Both the position numbers and the translations under genes were made by a program. A DNA stretch of 64,000 bases from an uncultured Rothia sp. (GTDB lineage Bacteria > Actinomycetota > Actinomycetes > Actinomycetales > Micrococcaceae), in NCBI RefSeq assembly GCF_916049665.1, contig NZ_CAJZIE010000001.1:1223-65222 (forward strand). Reading direction: 5' to 3'. Of this stretch, positions 40,778-49,258 are shown one piece after another. Below the pieces are notes generated by a model. The model made no database searches, was not told the DNA's origin, and saw only the letters and a program-made list of their open reading frames with translations. Each line of letters opens with the position of its first letter. The first letter of the stretch is position 1.

Positions 40778-41893
40778 TTAGGTCCACGGGTTCACGTAAG
40801 TGACACCCGGCAGCGGCGGAACATCCGGCTTCGGGGTGCGCAACGGGGCGTTCTGAATCGAGCGGATCTTCTCCTCATAATCGGGGGTGCGGAACACCTC
40901 CGGAGCATCCTCCGACTGCTCAGGCGCGGGCGCCTCTGCGGGGTCGGAGGCGGCGCTCGCCGGAGCCTCCTCGGCAGAGTCTTCGCCCAGGTCAGGGGTG
41001 GATTCCGCGGCGGTTTCAGCATCGGCAGGGGAGTCCTCATCGCGGGATTCCTCAGCCCCCTGCAGAACCTGCTCAATCAGCTGCTCATCCACGGTGCCCT
41101 GCACGCCTTCAGCCGCCTGCGGGGCGGAAACGGCAGAAACCTCAGAATCCAGGTCATCGAACATGCTCGAATTCCAGCGGCGACGGGTCTGCTTCGCCTC
41201 CTGAGCCTGAACCTGAGCCGCCTGCTCACGCTCCTGCTCCTCCTCGCGGTTCACGCGCTCAAAATCCTCGGCGGCAGTATGAGCCACCGCCGTGCCCTCG
41301 CTAATGACGCGGCGACCCTCCAATGCGCGGCCCAGGGTAATCTCATCCGCGTACTCCAGGTCGCCACCGACCGGCAGACCCGACGCCAGGCGCGAGAGGC
41401 GCACACCCAACGGCACGAGCATGCGCGAGAGGTAGGTTGCGGTCGCCTCACCCTCAAGGTTCGGGTCCATCGCCAGAATAATCTCTTGGATACGCTCATC
41501 CGCCAGGCGGGACACCAGCTCGCGGATACGCAGCTGCTCCGGGCCCACGCCCGCCAGCGGGTTAATGGCGCCGCCGAGCACGTGGTAACGACCGGTAAAG
41601 GAGCGGGTACGCTCAATCGCGACCACGTCCTTGGACTCCTCGACCACGCACAGCACCGACGGGTCGCGGCGCTCATCACGGCAAATCGAGCACAGTTTCG
41701 TCTCGGAGACGTTACCGCACTCCTCACAGAAGCTCACGCTGGTTTTCACCGTGGAAATCGCGTTGGCCAGGCGTGCCATATCGGCAGCGTCCGCATTCAG
41801 AATGTGAAAAGCGATGCGCTGAGCCGACTTAGGACCCACGCCCGGCAGGCGTCCGAGCTCGTCAATGAGGTTTTGAACTGCTCCCTCGTACAA
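40778..41893 (-). CDS. recR: recombination protein RecR with a ~170 aa acidic low-complexity C-terminal extension
   Basis: The first ~200 aa are canonical RecR (HhH '[17 protein letters not shown]', C4 zinc finger '[16 protein letters not shown]', Toprim). The remaining ~170 aa are Glu/Asp/Ala/Gln/Pro-rich. Confidence 0.85.
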   Translation of the reverse strand: MYEGAVQNLIDELGRLPGVGPKSAQRIAFHILNADAADMARLANAISTVKTSVSFCEECGNVSETKLCSICRDERRDPSVLCVVEESKDVVAIERTRSFTGRYHVLGGAINPLAGVGPEQLRIRELVSRLADERIQEIILAMDPNLEGEATATYLSRMLVPLGVRLSRLASGLPVGGDLEYADEITLGRALEGRRVISEGTAVAHTAAEDFERVNREEEQEREQAAQVQAQEAKQTRRRWNSSMFDDLDSEVSAVSAPQAAEGVQGTVDEQLIEQVLQGAEESRDEDSPADAETAAESTPDLGEDSAEEAPASAASDPAEAPAPEQSEDAPEVFRTPDYEEKIRSIQNAPLRTPKPDVPPLPGVTYVNPWT

Positions 41894-42073
41894 GGCTTCT
41901 CCTTCTGATGCGGTGTTTCGTTCCGGGTGTCGGTATCCGGGTGACGGTAAGAGTATGCCCCAAACCCCTGACAGTTTAGGGCTGTTTCGCGCAGCGGGTA
42001 TGAGGCGGGAATGAGTGCGCCCGCCATCGGCGCGATGGCGGGCGCGGCACCTGCCGGGTGTTAGAACCCCGGA

Positions 42074-45040
42074 TTAGGGCTGGTGCAGGGGGCGTTCGTC
42101 AATGACGGTGCCACCAATAACTTTTTCAATAGCGCGCAGGCCGATGAAGGTGCTGTTTTCGACCTTCTCGTCATCCTCAGAGACATAGTCCTCATCGGAT
42201 GCGGCGCGTGCCGGGCGAGCAGCCTGTGCCGGTGCTACAGGTTCCGGTACAGCGGGCTGGGCGAGCTTCTCCTCGCGTGCCGGTGCGTTATCGACCGGGG
42301 CATTATCAACCGGAGCCGCCTGCGGGGGAGTAGCCAACGGGCCAGCCGGAGCAATTGGTGCTACGGGTGCAAGCGGACCTGCAGGCTCAACCGGAGCAGC
42401 AAGCGGGCCTGCCGGCTCAATCGGGGCTACCGAATCCTGCGGAGGCGCTCCCAGCGGACCCGCCGGGGCAACCGGAGGCGCGAGCGGACCAGCCGGCGCT
42501 ACAGGCTCGACGGGCATTGCAGGTGCAGGAGGCGTTGCGGGTGCAGGGGGCGCCTCAACCGGCTCGGCGTAGGGAGGCTCATCCTCAAAAGGGGGCTCCT
42601 CCTCGTAGGGCGGTTCCTCTACATGAAGGGGTTCCTGCTGCGGAACTCCGCTACCGGATGCGGCGAAGGAATCACGCTCACCAAAACCACCCGCCGGGCC
42701 CGCCTGTGCCGCCGGAGCCTCCTGAATCGGTGACTGCGGGGCAACCTGGGGTTCGGGCGCGAGAGGACCAGTCGGAGCAGCCTGCTGGGGCGCCTCCTCG
42801 GGGGCGCTCTGCGGAATCGGGGTAACCTCCCACGCACCCAGGGGCGCATCCACGCTGGTGGACTCGGGGCTGTTTGCGCCGGTCAGCGGCTGACCGTGGC
42901 GACGCCACGCATCCTCACCGCCGCGCGGACCATCAGCCAGAGGCGCCGGCTGAGAGGGCTGCGGGGGAGTCTGCTGAACGGGCTGCTGAGGTGCCTGCGG
43001 TGCAGGAACCGCCGTAGCAGGGGGCTGTACGGGGGTAGGCTGCGCTACGGGCGCCGCCGCCGGGACGGGCTTAGCCTGCTCGCCGGGCTTCGCCACCTGT
43101 GCGTGAATGGTCACCTGACGGCGCAGGAACTCGCTCACGCGGGCGGTCAGCTCGGGTACGAAGCCCTTGACCGCGCGCAGGGTCGCAATGTCGGCGCTCA
43201 CGTACAGGGTTGCGCCGTCCATGCGGGCGGGGCGAACCTTCATCAGCTGCTCAGCCGCACCGGGAACGCTCATTCGGTTTAGGATGGCGCGCCAATTACC
43301 CTGAACCGCCGACAGCGGATCATTCGGGTCAAGTTTCAAGGGTGCGGAGGGGGTGGCCGCCGGAGCGGCATCAGCTACGTGAGAAGCCGGGGCATTGGAT
43401 GCCGTCGGGGCGTTACCCGTCGGGGGAGTGCCAGCCGGAGCTACAGGTGCCTGAGTTGCAGGGGCCTGTGCTGCGGGTGTCTGTGCTACGGGTGCAAGAG
43501 GCGCGGCGCTAAGCGGGGCGCCAGAAGACTGCGGGGTAGCCGCAGCAAGAGGCGCACCAGCCAGCGGGGGAGCACCCGCGCTGGCATGCTGAGAACCGCC
43601 CAGCTGAGAACTAGCCTGCTGGGCGGGCTGAGTCGCCTCCTGAACAGGCGCGCTAGAAGCATTAGGGGCCTGGGCATTAGCCGCCGGAGTCTTAGGGGTC
43701 AGACCAGCCGCAGCCATACCCGCCGCACGAGCCGCAGACATGCCGCCCTGCGCCGGAACAGAACCGGCAGAACCAGCAGCACCAGAAGCCACGCGGCGCT
43801 CCAAAACCTGCAGGCGAGAAGCCAAGGCCGCAACCTCCGCACCACCGGCAGAACCCTCCGCAGCAGGCAGAAGCAGACGAGCACACAGCAACTCCAGCTG
43901 AAGCTGCGGATTCGCCGCACCCGTCATACCATTCAGAGTCTCATTGACCGTACCCGCGGCAACCATCAGCTCACGCTCACCCAAAGCCTGAGCCTGCTGA
44001 CCCAGGCGCTCCAACTGGTCCTGCGGAACACCCTGCAAAATCTGGCCGGCAGCCTGCGGAACAGCCTTCACCACAATCAAATCACGCAGACGCTCCAGCA
44101 GATCCTCCACAAAACGGCGAGGATCCTGACCGGTCGCCACCACACGCGACACCGCGCCAAAGAGAGTCGGGGCATCCTTCGCGCCCAACGCATCAATGAC
44201 CTCATCCAGAAGCTGCGCGTGGGTATAACCCAGCAGCGCCACCGCACGGTCATACTCAATACCGTTCTGCGACGACGCGCCAGCCATCAACTGGTCAAGA
44301 ATCGACAGCGAGTCACGCACCGAGCCGCCGCCGGCACGAATCACCAGCTGCAGCACGCCCGGCTCCACCGCCACCTGCTCCTGATCGCACAGACCCTGCA
44401 GATACGGCAGAAGAACCTCCGGCGGCACCAGGCGGAACGGGTAATGGTGAGTACGCGAACGAATCGTACCCAGCACCTTATTCGGCTCGGTCGTCGCGAA
44501 GATAAACTTCACGTGCTCCGGCGGCTCCTCCACAATCTTCAGCAACGCATTGAAACCCTCACGGGTCACCATATGTGCCTCATCAATAATGAAGATCTTG
44601 TAACGGTCACGCACCGGCGCCAAAGTAGCGCGCTCACGCAGGTCACGGGCATGATCCACACCGCCGTGGCTCGCCGCATCCATCTCAATCACGTCAAGGG
44701 AACCGCCACCATCACGCGAGAGCTCACGGCACGAATCGCACACACCACACGGAGTAGGAGTCGGACCCTGCGCACAGTTCAGGCAGCGCGCCAAAATACG
44801 CGCCGACGTGGTCTTACCGCAACCACGCGGACCCGAAAACAGGTACGCGTGATTCACACGGTTCTTCTCCAGAGCGACCATAAGAGGTTCGGTCACGTGC
44901 TCCTGCCCGATAACCTCAGCGAAGGTCTCGGGGCGATAACGACGATAAAGGGCAGTGCTCACAGCAACCTCTTCAACTCGGGGTGCGGATAGGACAATCC
45001 CTACCATTTTAGACGCTCCACCCCCGGCACGAGTGGTCAC
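42074..45040 (-). CDS. dnaX: DNA polymerase III subunits gamma/tau (exact start uncertain; GTG near 'VSTALYRRYRPETF' is possible)
   Basis: 'YRRYRPETFAEVIGQEHV...LFSGPRGCGKTTSARILARCLNC...CGVCDSC' with an AAA+ domain, followed by a very long Pro/Ala-rich tau region. Confidence 0.85.
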   Translation of the reverse strand: MTTRAGGGASKMVGIVLSAPRVEEVAVSTALYRRYRPETFAEVIGQEHVTEPLMVALEKNRVNHAYLFSGPRGCGKTTSARILARCLNCAQGPTPTPCGVCDSCRELSRDGGGSLDVIEMDAASHGGVDHARDLRERATLAPVRDRYKIFIIDEAHMVTREGFNALLKIVEEPPEHVKFIFATTEPNKVLGTIRSRTHHYPFRLVPPEVLLPYLQGLCDQEQVAVEPGVLQLVIRAGGGSVRDSLSILDQLMAGASSQNGIEYDRAVALLGYTHAQLLDEVIDALGAKDAPTLFGAVSRVVATGQDPRRFVEDLLERLRDLIVVKAVPQAAGQILQGVPQDQLERLGQQAQALGERELMVAAGTVNETLNGMTGAANPQLQLELLCARLLLPAAEGSAGGAEVAALASRLQVLERRVASGAAGSAGSVPAQGGMSAARAAGMAAAGLTPKTPAANAQAPNASSAPVQEATQPAQQASSQLGGSQHASAGAPPLAGAPLAAATPQSSGAPLSAAPLAPVAQTPAAQAPATQAPVAPAGTPPTGNAPTASNAPASHVADAAPAATPSAPLKLDPNDPLSAVQGNWRAILNRMSVPGAAEQLMKVRPARMDGATLYVSADIATLRAVKGFVPELTARVSEFLRRQVTIHAQVAKPGEQAKPVPAAAPVAQPTPVQPPATAVPAPQAPQQPVQQTPPQPSQPAPLADGPRGGEDAWRRHGQPLTGANSPESTSVDAPLGAWEVTPIPQSAPEEAPQQAAPTGPLAPEPQVAPQSPIQEAPAAQAGPAGGFGERDSFAASGSGVPQQEPLHVEEPPYEEEPPFEDEPPYAEPVEAPPAPATPPAPAMPVEPVAPAGPLAPPVAPAGPLGAPPQDSVAPIEPAGPLAAPVEPAGPLAPVAPIAPAGPLATPPQAAPVDNAPVDNAPAREEKLAQPAVPEPVAPAQAARPARAASDEDYVSEDDEKVENSTFIGLRAIEKVIGGTVIDERPLHQP

Positions 45041-45182
45041 CAGTCACCGGCGAACACACCACCACAACACCGCCACCGTGACACCTACCGTGGATGCTCA
45101 CCCGGGTGGCATGTACGCCCACAGAAATACCGCGGATGCACCGAATTCCCAAGAACCCAAAAATCCGGTACACTGGTTCTTG

Positions 45183-45270
45183 CCTCTTACGTGGCGTTAT
45201 CTTGGAAAACTCCCCCAGGACCGGAAGGTAGCAAGGGTATTCGAGCTATGGCGGGTGCGTAGGAGGTTTT
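45183..45270 (+). ncRNA. ffs: signal recognition particle RNA (4.5S, small SRP RNA)
   Basis: Domain IV signature 'CAGGACCGGAAGGTAGCAAGG' (compare E. coli CAGGUCCGGAAGGAAGCAGCCAAGG). The 5' arm 'cctcttacgtggcg' pairs with the 3' arm 'cgggtgcgtaggagg', followed by a U-run. The position next to dnaX matches the common ffs-dnaX linkage. Ends are approximate. Confidence 0.55.
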
Positions 45271-45615
45271 TTCATGCCCAAAAACGGGTACCTGGATAGT
45301 TCACACCCGTCATATGCACTGCGTGCCCGCTCCGCTGGCGCTCCGCGGCTTCGGATCCGGATTTCCGCCTCTCTAGAGCTCGGTGGCTTCGACGCAGGAT
45401 TTATTGCCTCGCGCGCTCGGAATCCTGCGTCTCAGTTCGCGAGCTCAGAATCCGGATCCTCAGCGGTTGCGTAAGGGGTTTTTCTATGCCTAAAAGTAAG
45501 ACACAAGCCCCCACAAATGTGCTTTCTATTACTTTTGCCGCCTAGGGCTTGCGTGCCCGGCAAAAGCGTAGTAAAGTTTTATTCGTTGCCTACGCAATGC
45601 GTAGAAAACATAGCT

Positions 45616-45704
45616 GGAGGATTCGCCTAGCGGCCTATGGCGCACGCCTGGAACGCGTGTTGGGTTAACAGCCCTCGGGGGTTCAAATCCCCCATCCTCC
45701 GCCA
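45616..45704 (+). tRNA. tRNA-Ser (anticodon GGA), CCA encoded
   Basis: Manual fold: acceptor GGAGGAU/AUCCUCC, D-arm, anticodon stem CACGC/GCGUG with loop CUGGAAC, long variable arm UUGGGUUAACAGCCCUC, T-arm GGGGG-UUCAAAU-CCCCC, 3' GCCA. Confidence 0.85.
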
Positions 45705-45707
45705 CCG

Positions 45708-45744
45708 ATCCCCGGTCTTAGCTTCTAAGACCGGGGATTTTTTA
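45708..45744 (+). terminator. rho-independent terminator after tRNA-Ser
   Basis: Hairpin 'atccccggtcttagcttctaagaccggggat' followed by TTTTTT. Confidence 0.75.
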
Positions 45745-45824
45745 TACCCCTTGGTACTATTTCTTCAGAACCCCCACGGTTCCACGCGCCGCCGAGGCGC
45801 CTCGCACCTGCAGAAAGCACCACC

Positions 45825-46148
45825 ATGATCTTCAAAAAAGTAGGCGACAGTCGCCCCTACCCCCAGCACGGCATGACCCACGCCGACTGGGGAGGAATCC
45901 CGCCGCAGCAGGTACGCCTCGACACCCTCATCACCACCCAAAAAACCCTCAACCTCGAGACCCTACTCGCCGAAGACTCCACCTTCTACGGCGACCTCTT
46001 CCCGCACGTCGTCAAATGGGGTGGCGAACTCTACCTCGAAGACGGCGTGCACCGCGCGCTCCGAAACGCCCTGCACCGCCGCGCCGTCATGTACGCGCGC
46101 GTACTCGACCTGGACTCCATCTCACCGGCACTGCTGCCCGGTGCGTAA
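45825..46148 (+). CDS. small ParB/sulfiredoxin-like domain protein (107 aa), hypothetical
   Basis: High GC3. The region 'IPPQQVRLDTLITTQ...ELYLEDGVHRALRNALHRRAVMYARVLD' resembles the ParB/Srx nuclease-fold core (DGxHR...A). Confidence 0.4.
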   Translation: MIFKKVGDSRPYPQHGMTHADWGGIPPQQVRLDTLITTQKTLNLETLLAEDSTFYGDLFPHVVKWGGELYLEDGVHRALRNALHRRAVMYARVLDLDSISPALLPGA

Positions 46149-46256
46149 CCCCCCCCGAATACAGAAAAAGCCGCGGACCGATGCAAAGAAGCATCAGGTC
46201 CGCGGCATTTTTAGTGACGTATAACTGCTACGTATTTGTTGCTTAGGGCGCCACGC

Positions 46257-46952
46257 TTAGGATGCGACCTTCAGGCCCGCCTCCTGCACCGGGGACTGCT
46301 CCGGCAGAGACTCCTCGGAGTCCAGGCGAACAGGGTTGCCCTCGGCGTCAAAACGCGCTCCGAGGCCCATCTGAATAAAACGGATGGTATTCAGAATCTG
46401 GCGCTCGCGGGTCTCCTCGTCCGGCGCGTCCTCGGCGCGACCGGCGCTTGAGGAGAGGGAGCCGTGCACGAGCATCGCCAGTTCGCGAATGTCGTTCTTC
46501 GGAATGTAGTTCTCGGCAATGGCGGCAGAAAGAATATGCGCGAGCACCATCTGCAGCTCGTGAACGTGCTTGCCGAGCTTCGCGTAGGACTCGGGGGAGA
46601 GCATGGAGCGCATCGCAGGGCCCGGAGGCAGGTGGCGGCGCGCCAGGTCGTTGATTTGCAAGCGAATGTAGACCGCGAGCTGGTCAATCGGGTTTTCGAT
46701 GCCCTCCAGGCCGACGCGCAGCTCGTTGAGGAAGCGTTCGGTCTCGTCCAGGGCGTAGGCGACCAGCAGTTCGCCCATGTCGGCGAAGTAGTTGTAGACC
46801 GCGGTGCGGCCGATTCCGGCGTTCTTGGCGACGTCGGTCATGGTCAGGCCGGAGAGGCCGCGGTTGTAGAGGATCTCGCCGAAGGAGTTGAGGATGGCGC
46901 GCTTGGTGTTTTCGCGCTGGGCGGCGTTGGTTGCTGCAGAAATACGAGGCAT
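46257..46952 (-). CDS. TetR family transcriptional regulator
   Basis: HTH 'LTMTDVAKNAGIGRTAVYNYFADMGELL'. Confidence 0.8.
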   Translation of the reverse strand: MPRISAATNAAQRENTKRAILNSFGEILYNRGLSGLTMTDVAKNAGIGRTAVYNYFADMGELLVAYALDETERFLNELRVGLEGIENPIDQLAVYIRLQINDLARRHLPPGPAMRSMLSPESYAKLGKHVHELQMVLAHILSAAIAENYIPKNDIRELAMLVHGSLSSSAGRAEDAPDEETRERQILNTIRFIQMGLGARFDAEGNPVRLDSEESLPEQSPVQEAGLKVAS

Positions 46953-47061
46953 AGTGACACTCTACCCCAAATCGTCAGCAAATGACGAATTTATCGAATG
47001 TGTCACCAAGAAATTTGCCCAATCCATGCGAATTTTCATGTTTATGACAGAACAACCGCCC

Positions 47062-48150
47062 CTAGAGGAACCCCAAACGCGTAGCCACCGCCAAATCAGC
47101 ACCCACCAACGACGCAATCGGATACCCCGTATGGCCACGCCCCGGAGTCACCTGCAGAAGAGTCCGCGCCCCCAAACTCTCGTAGAACGCGCTACCCTCC
47201 TGCACCGCAATCCGCGCCGACCAACTCCCCTCAGAACTCGTCGCCATACGCCGACGACCCGACGGCGAGCGCCCATCCAGCACACCCACATGCCAGCTCA
47301 TCAGCAGACGCTTATGCGAAGAAGGGTTCAGCGCAGCCTGCTCACGCACCCGCGCGGGCACGCCGTCAGCGCCGCCGCCACCGATGAAGGCCGCGCCACC
47401 TCCGCGAATCCACTCAATATCGTGCGACAGTAGCTCGTAGCTGAGGAACTCCGCGCCGCCCGAATAGCCCGCAAGCCACACGCGGCTCATATCCACCCCG
47501 TACGCCAGGGCAATCTCCTCAATGAGAGCGCGGACCATCCTGCCGTTCGAACGGGCGCGAACCCACCAGTTATAGGTCAGCGGAGGCGCATAGGCACCAA
47601 CATCCCTCAGTCGAGGCTCCCGCAGGCTACCCGGCGACAGCACCGGCACGGACAGCATATTGAACTCAGCCGCCACCTTCGCCAACTCTGTACGCAACGG
47701 GGAGGTGCGGCGTAGCAGACGACTACCGGCACGCGAGAGATGATCACCATCAAAATAGAACAGCACACCGGGCGCGGAATCAGACTCGGTCAGAAGGTGC
47801 AGGTTATCGACCCGGTAGTAGATATTGCGGCCGCGATGCGTAAACGACCGGTAGCCGAGAAGCTCAGAGGACGCCAGCAGCATCGGCTCAAGAAGGGAAA
47901 TGCCGGTACGAACCGCATGTGCCGCATAGGTCAGCAGCGGATGCAACCGTGGAATATGTGCGCTGAGCCTACGCTGATTGCGGTGCCGCCTCTTCTGCGC
48001 TCGACGTGCAGAACGCCGTAGCGAACGTCGTATCGAGGCGCGTAGAGCACGACCCGTACCCGCTTCCAGCAGGGATGCCACCTGCTCAGTACGGTGAGCG
48101 CCGCTGCGGTAAACTCCGCTACGGTGAACTCTGCGGCTCAGTCTCTTCAT
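47062..48150 (-). CDS. alpha/beta hydrolase (esterase/lipase-like); the N-terminal ~65 aa are Arg-rich, so the start is possibly over-called
   Basis: Nucleophile elbow 'LAGYSGGAEF' (GxSxG) and 'GGGGADGVP'. Lies upstream of the TetR gene on the same strand. Confidence 0.55.
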   Translation of the reverse strand: MKRLSRRVHRSGVYRSGAHRTEQVASLLEAGTGRALRASIRRSLRRSARRAQKRRHRNQRRLSAHIPRLHPLLTYAAHAVRTGISLLEPMLLASSELLGYRSFTHRGRNIYYRVDNLHLLTESDSAPGVLFYFDGDHLSRAGSRLLRRTSPLRTELAKVAAEFNMLSVPVLSPGSLREPRLRDVGAYAPPLTYNWWVRARSNGRMVRALIEEIALAYGVDMSRVWLAGYSGGAEFLSYELLSHDIEWIRGGGAAFIGGGGADGVPARVREQAALNPSSHKRLLMSWHVGVLDGRSPSGRRRMATSSEGSWSARIAVQEGSAFYESLGARTLLQVTPGRGHTGYPIASLVGADLAVATRLGFL

Positions 48151-48362
48151 ATCTCCATTGTAAATGTGCGGGTTCTGCCGCTACCGGGATGAGATGGTGC
48201 CGCAGGCATTCCATGCCGGGTAACCGGGTGCATAGAGCGTCCACACTCTTGAAAGAGGCGCAGAAACCTGCCGCCGTCACGGCATATAGGTACTATTAGA
48301 TAGGCTCGGGTGGCAGGCGAGCCGGTGAGTAGCGCCCTGCATAGCGCGCTCACCCACCACGC

Positions 48363-49151
48363 GTGAGGGCGGTGTCCTCGCGTCAAGAAACACATCGCAT
48401 GAAGAAAGACTTGGGGAAAGTAATGGCTAAACCCGTTAGCGAATCTAAGGCTCAGACGAGCACCGTCAAGGTGCCCTGGGCTGGTCGCCGCGGCTACTTT
48501 GATCTGCTGCTGGGCGCGTCCTGCGTCATCCTGATCATTTCGAATATTGGTGCAACCAAGGGTGTGGAATTCGGTCCGCTGCCCTTCGAACTGCCCCTCA
48601 TCGGTAACACCATCGTCACCGATGGTGGTTTCTTCCTTTTCCCTCTCGCCTACGTTATTGGCGACCTTCTCTCTGAGGTGTACGGCTTTAAGCGTGCCCG
48701 CCGCGCCATTGTGGCGTCCTTCGCCTCGGCTGCTTTTGCCGCCCTGTGCTTCCTGCTGATTGTGCACCTGCCGCCGGCAAGCTTCTACACCGGCCAGGAT
48801 TCGTTCGCACAGGTTCTCGGCCCGGTCTGGCAGATTTTTGCGGGCTCCCTGCTCGGCTACCTGTTCGGTCAGACCCTGAACGCCTGGGTCATGGTAGCGA
48901 TGAAGAAGGCAAGCAAGGGTCGTTTCCTCTGGCTGCGCATGATTGTCTCCACCCTGGTTGGCGAGTTGCTCGACACCCTCATCTTCTGCTCGATCGCCGC
49001 ACCGGTACTCGGCATCGAGACCATCGAAGCGTTCATCAACTACGTGCTGATTGGCTATATCTATAAGTGCCTGGTCGAGGTGCTCCTCATGCCGATCAGC
49101 TACCCGATTATTGGTTGGTTCAAGCGTCACGAACTCGAGTACGTGGCATAA
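48363..49151 (+). CDS. yhhQ: queuosine precursor transporter, YhhQ/DUF165 family (likely start at 48402 or 48423)
   Basis: 'LIISNIGATKGVEFGPL...FPLAYVIGDLLSEVYGFKRARRAI' is the characteristic YhhQ core. 6 TMS. Confidence 0.75.
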   Translation: MRAVSSRQETHRMKKDLGKVMAKPVSESKAQTSTVKVPWAGRRGYFDLLLGASCVILIISNIGATKGVEFGPLPFELPLIGNTIVTDGGFFLFPLAYVIGDLLSEVYGFKRARRAIVASFASAAFAALCFLLIVHLPPASFYTGQDSFAQVLGPVWQIFAGSLLGYLFGQTLNAWVMVAMKKASKGRFLWLRMIVSTLVGELLDTLIFCSIAAPVLGIETIEAFINYVLIGYIYKCLVEVLLMPISYPIIGWFKRHELEYVA

Positions 49152-49258
49152 GCTAACCTCCTTACAGCTGATGTGCAGAGCCGCCCGGCCTAACGACTGG
49201 GCGGCATTGCCATTTCAGCTTTATTCAATACACAGCATGTCTAAGAAAGAGATACGTT

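Noticed and set aside
42074-45040. Whether the 988-aa dnaX ORF is a fusion or contains a frameshift site.
   Set aside because: The extra length is explained by a continuous Pro/Ala/Gln-rich tau linker typical of actinobacterial DnaX. No internal stop and no A-rich slippery heptamer stood out, so I did not call a programmed frameshift.
48151-48362. Possible preQ1 riboswitch upstream of the yhhQ transporter.
   Set aside because: I looked for the small hairpin plus A-rich tail 'AAAAAACUA' and did not find a convincing match. A covariance-model search would still be needed.
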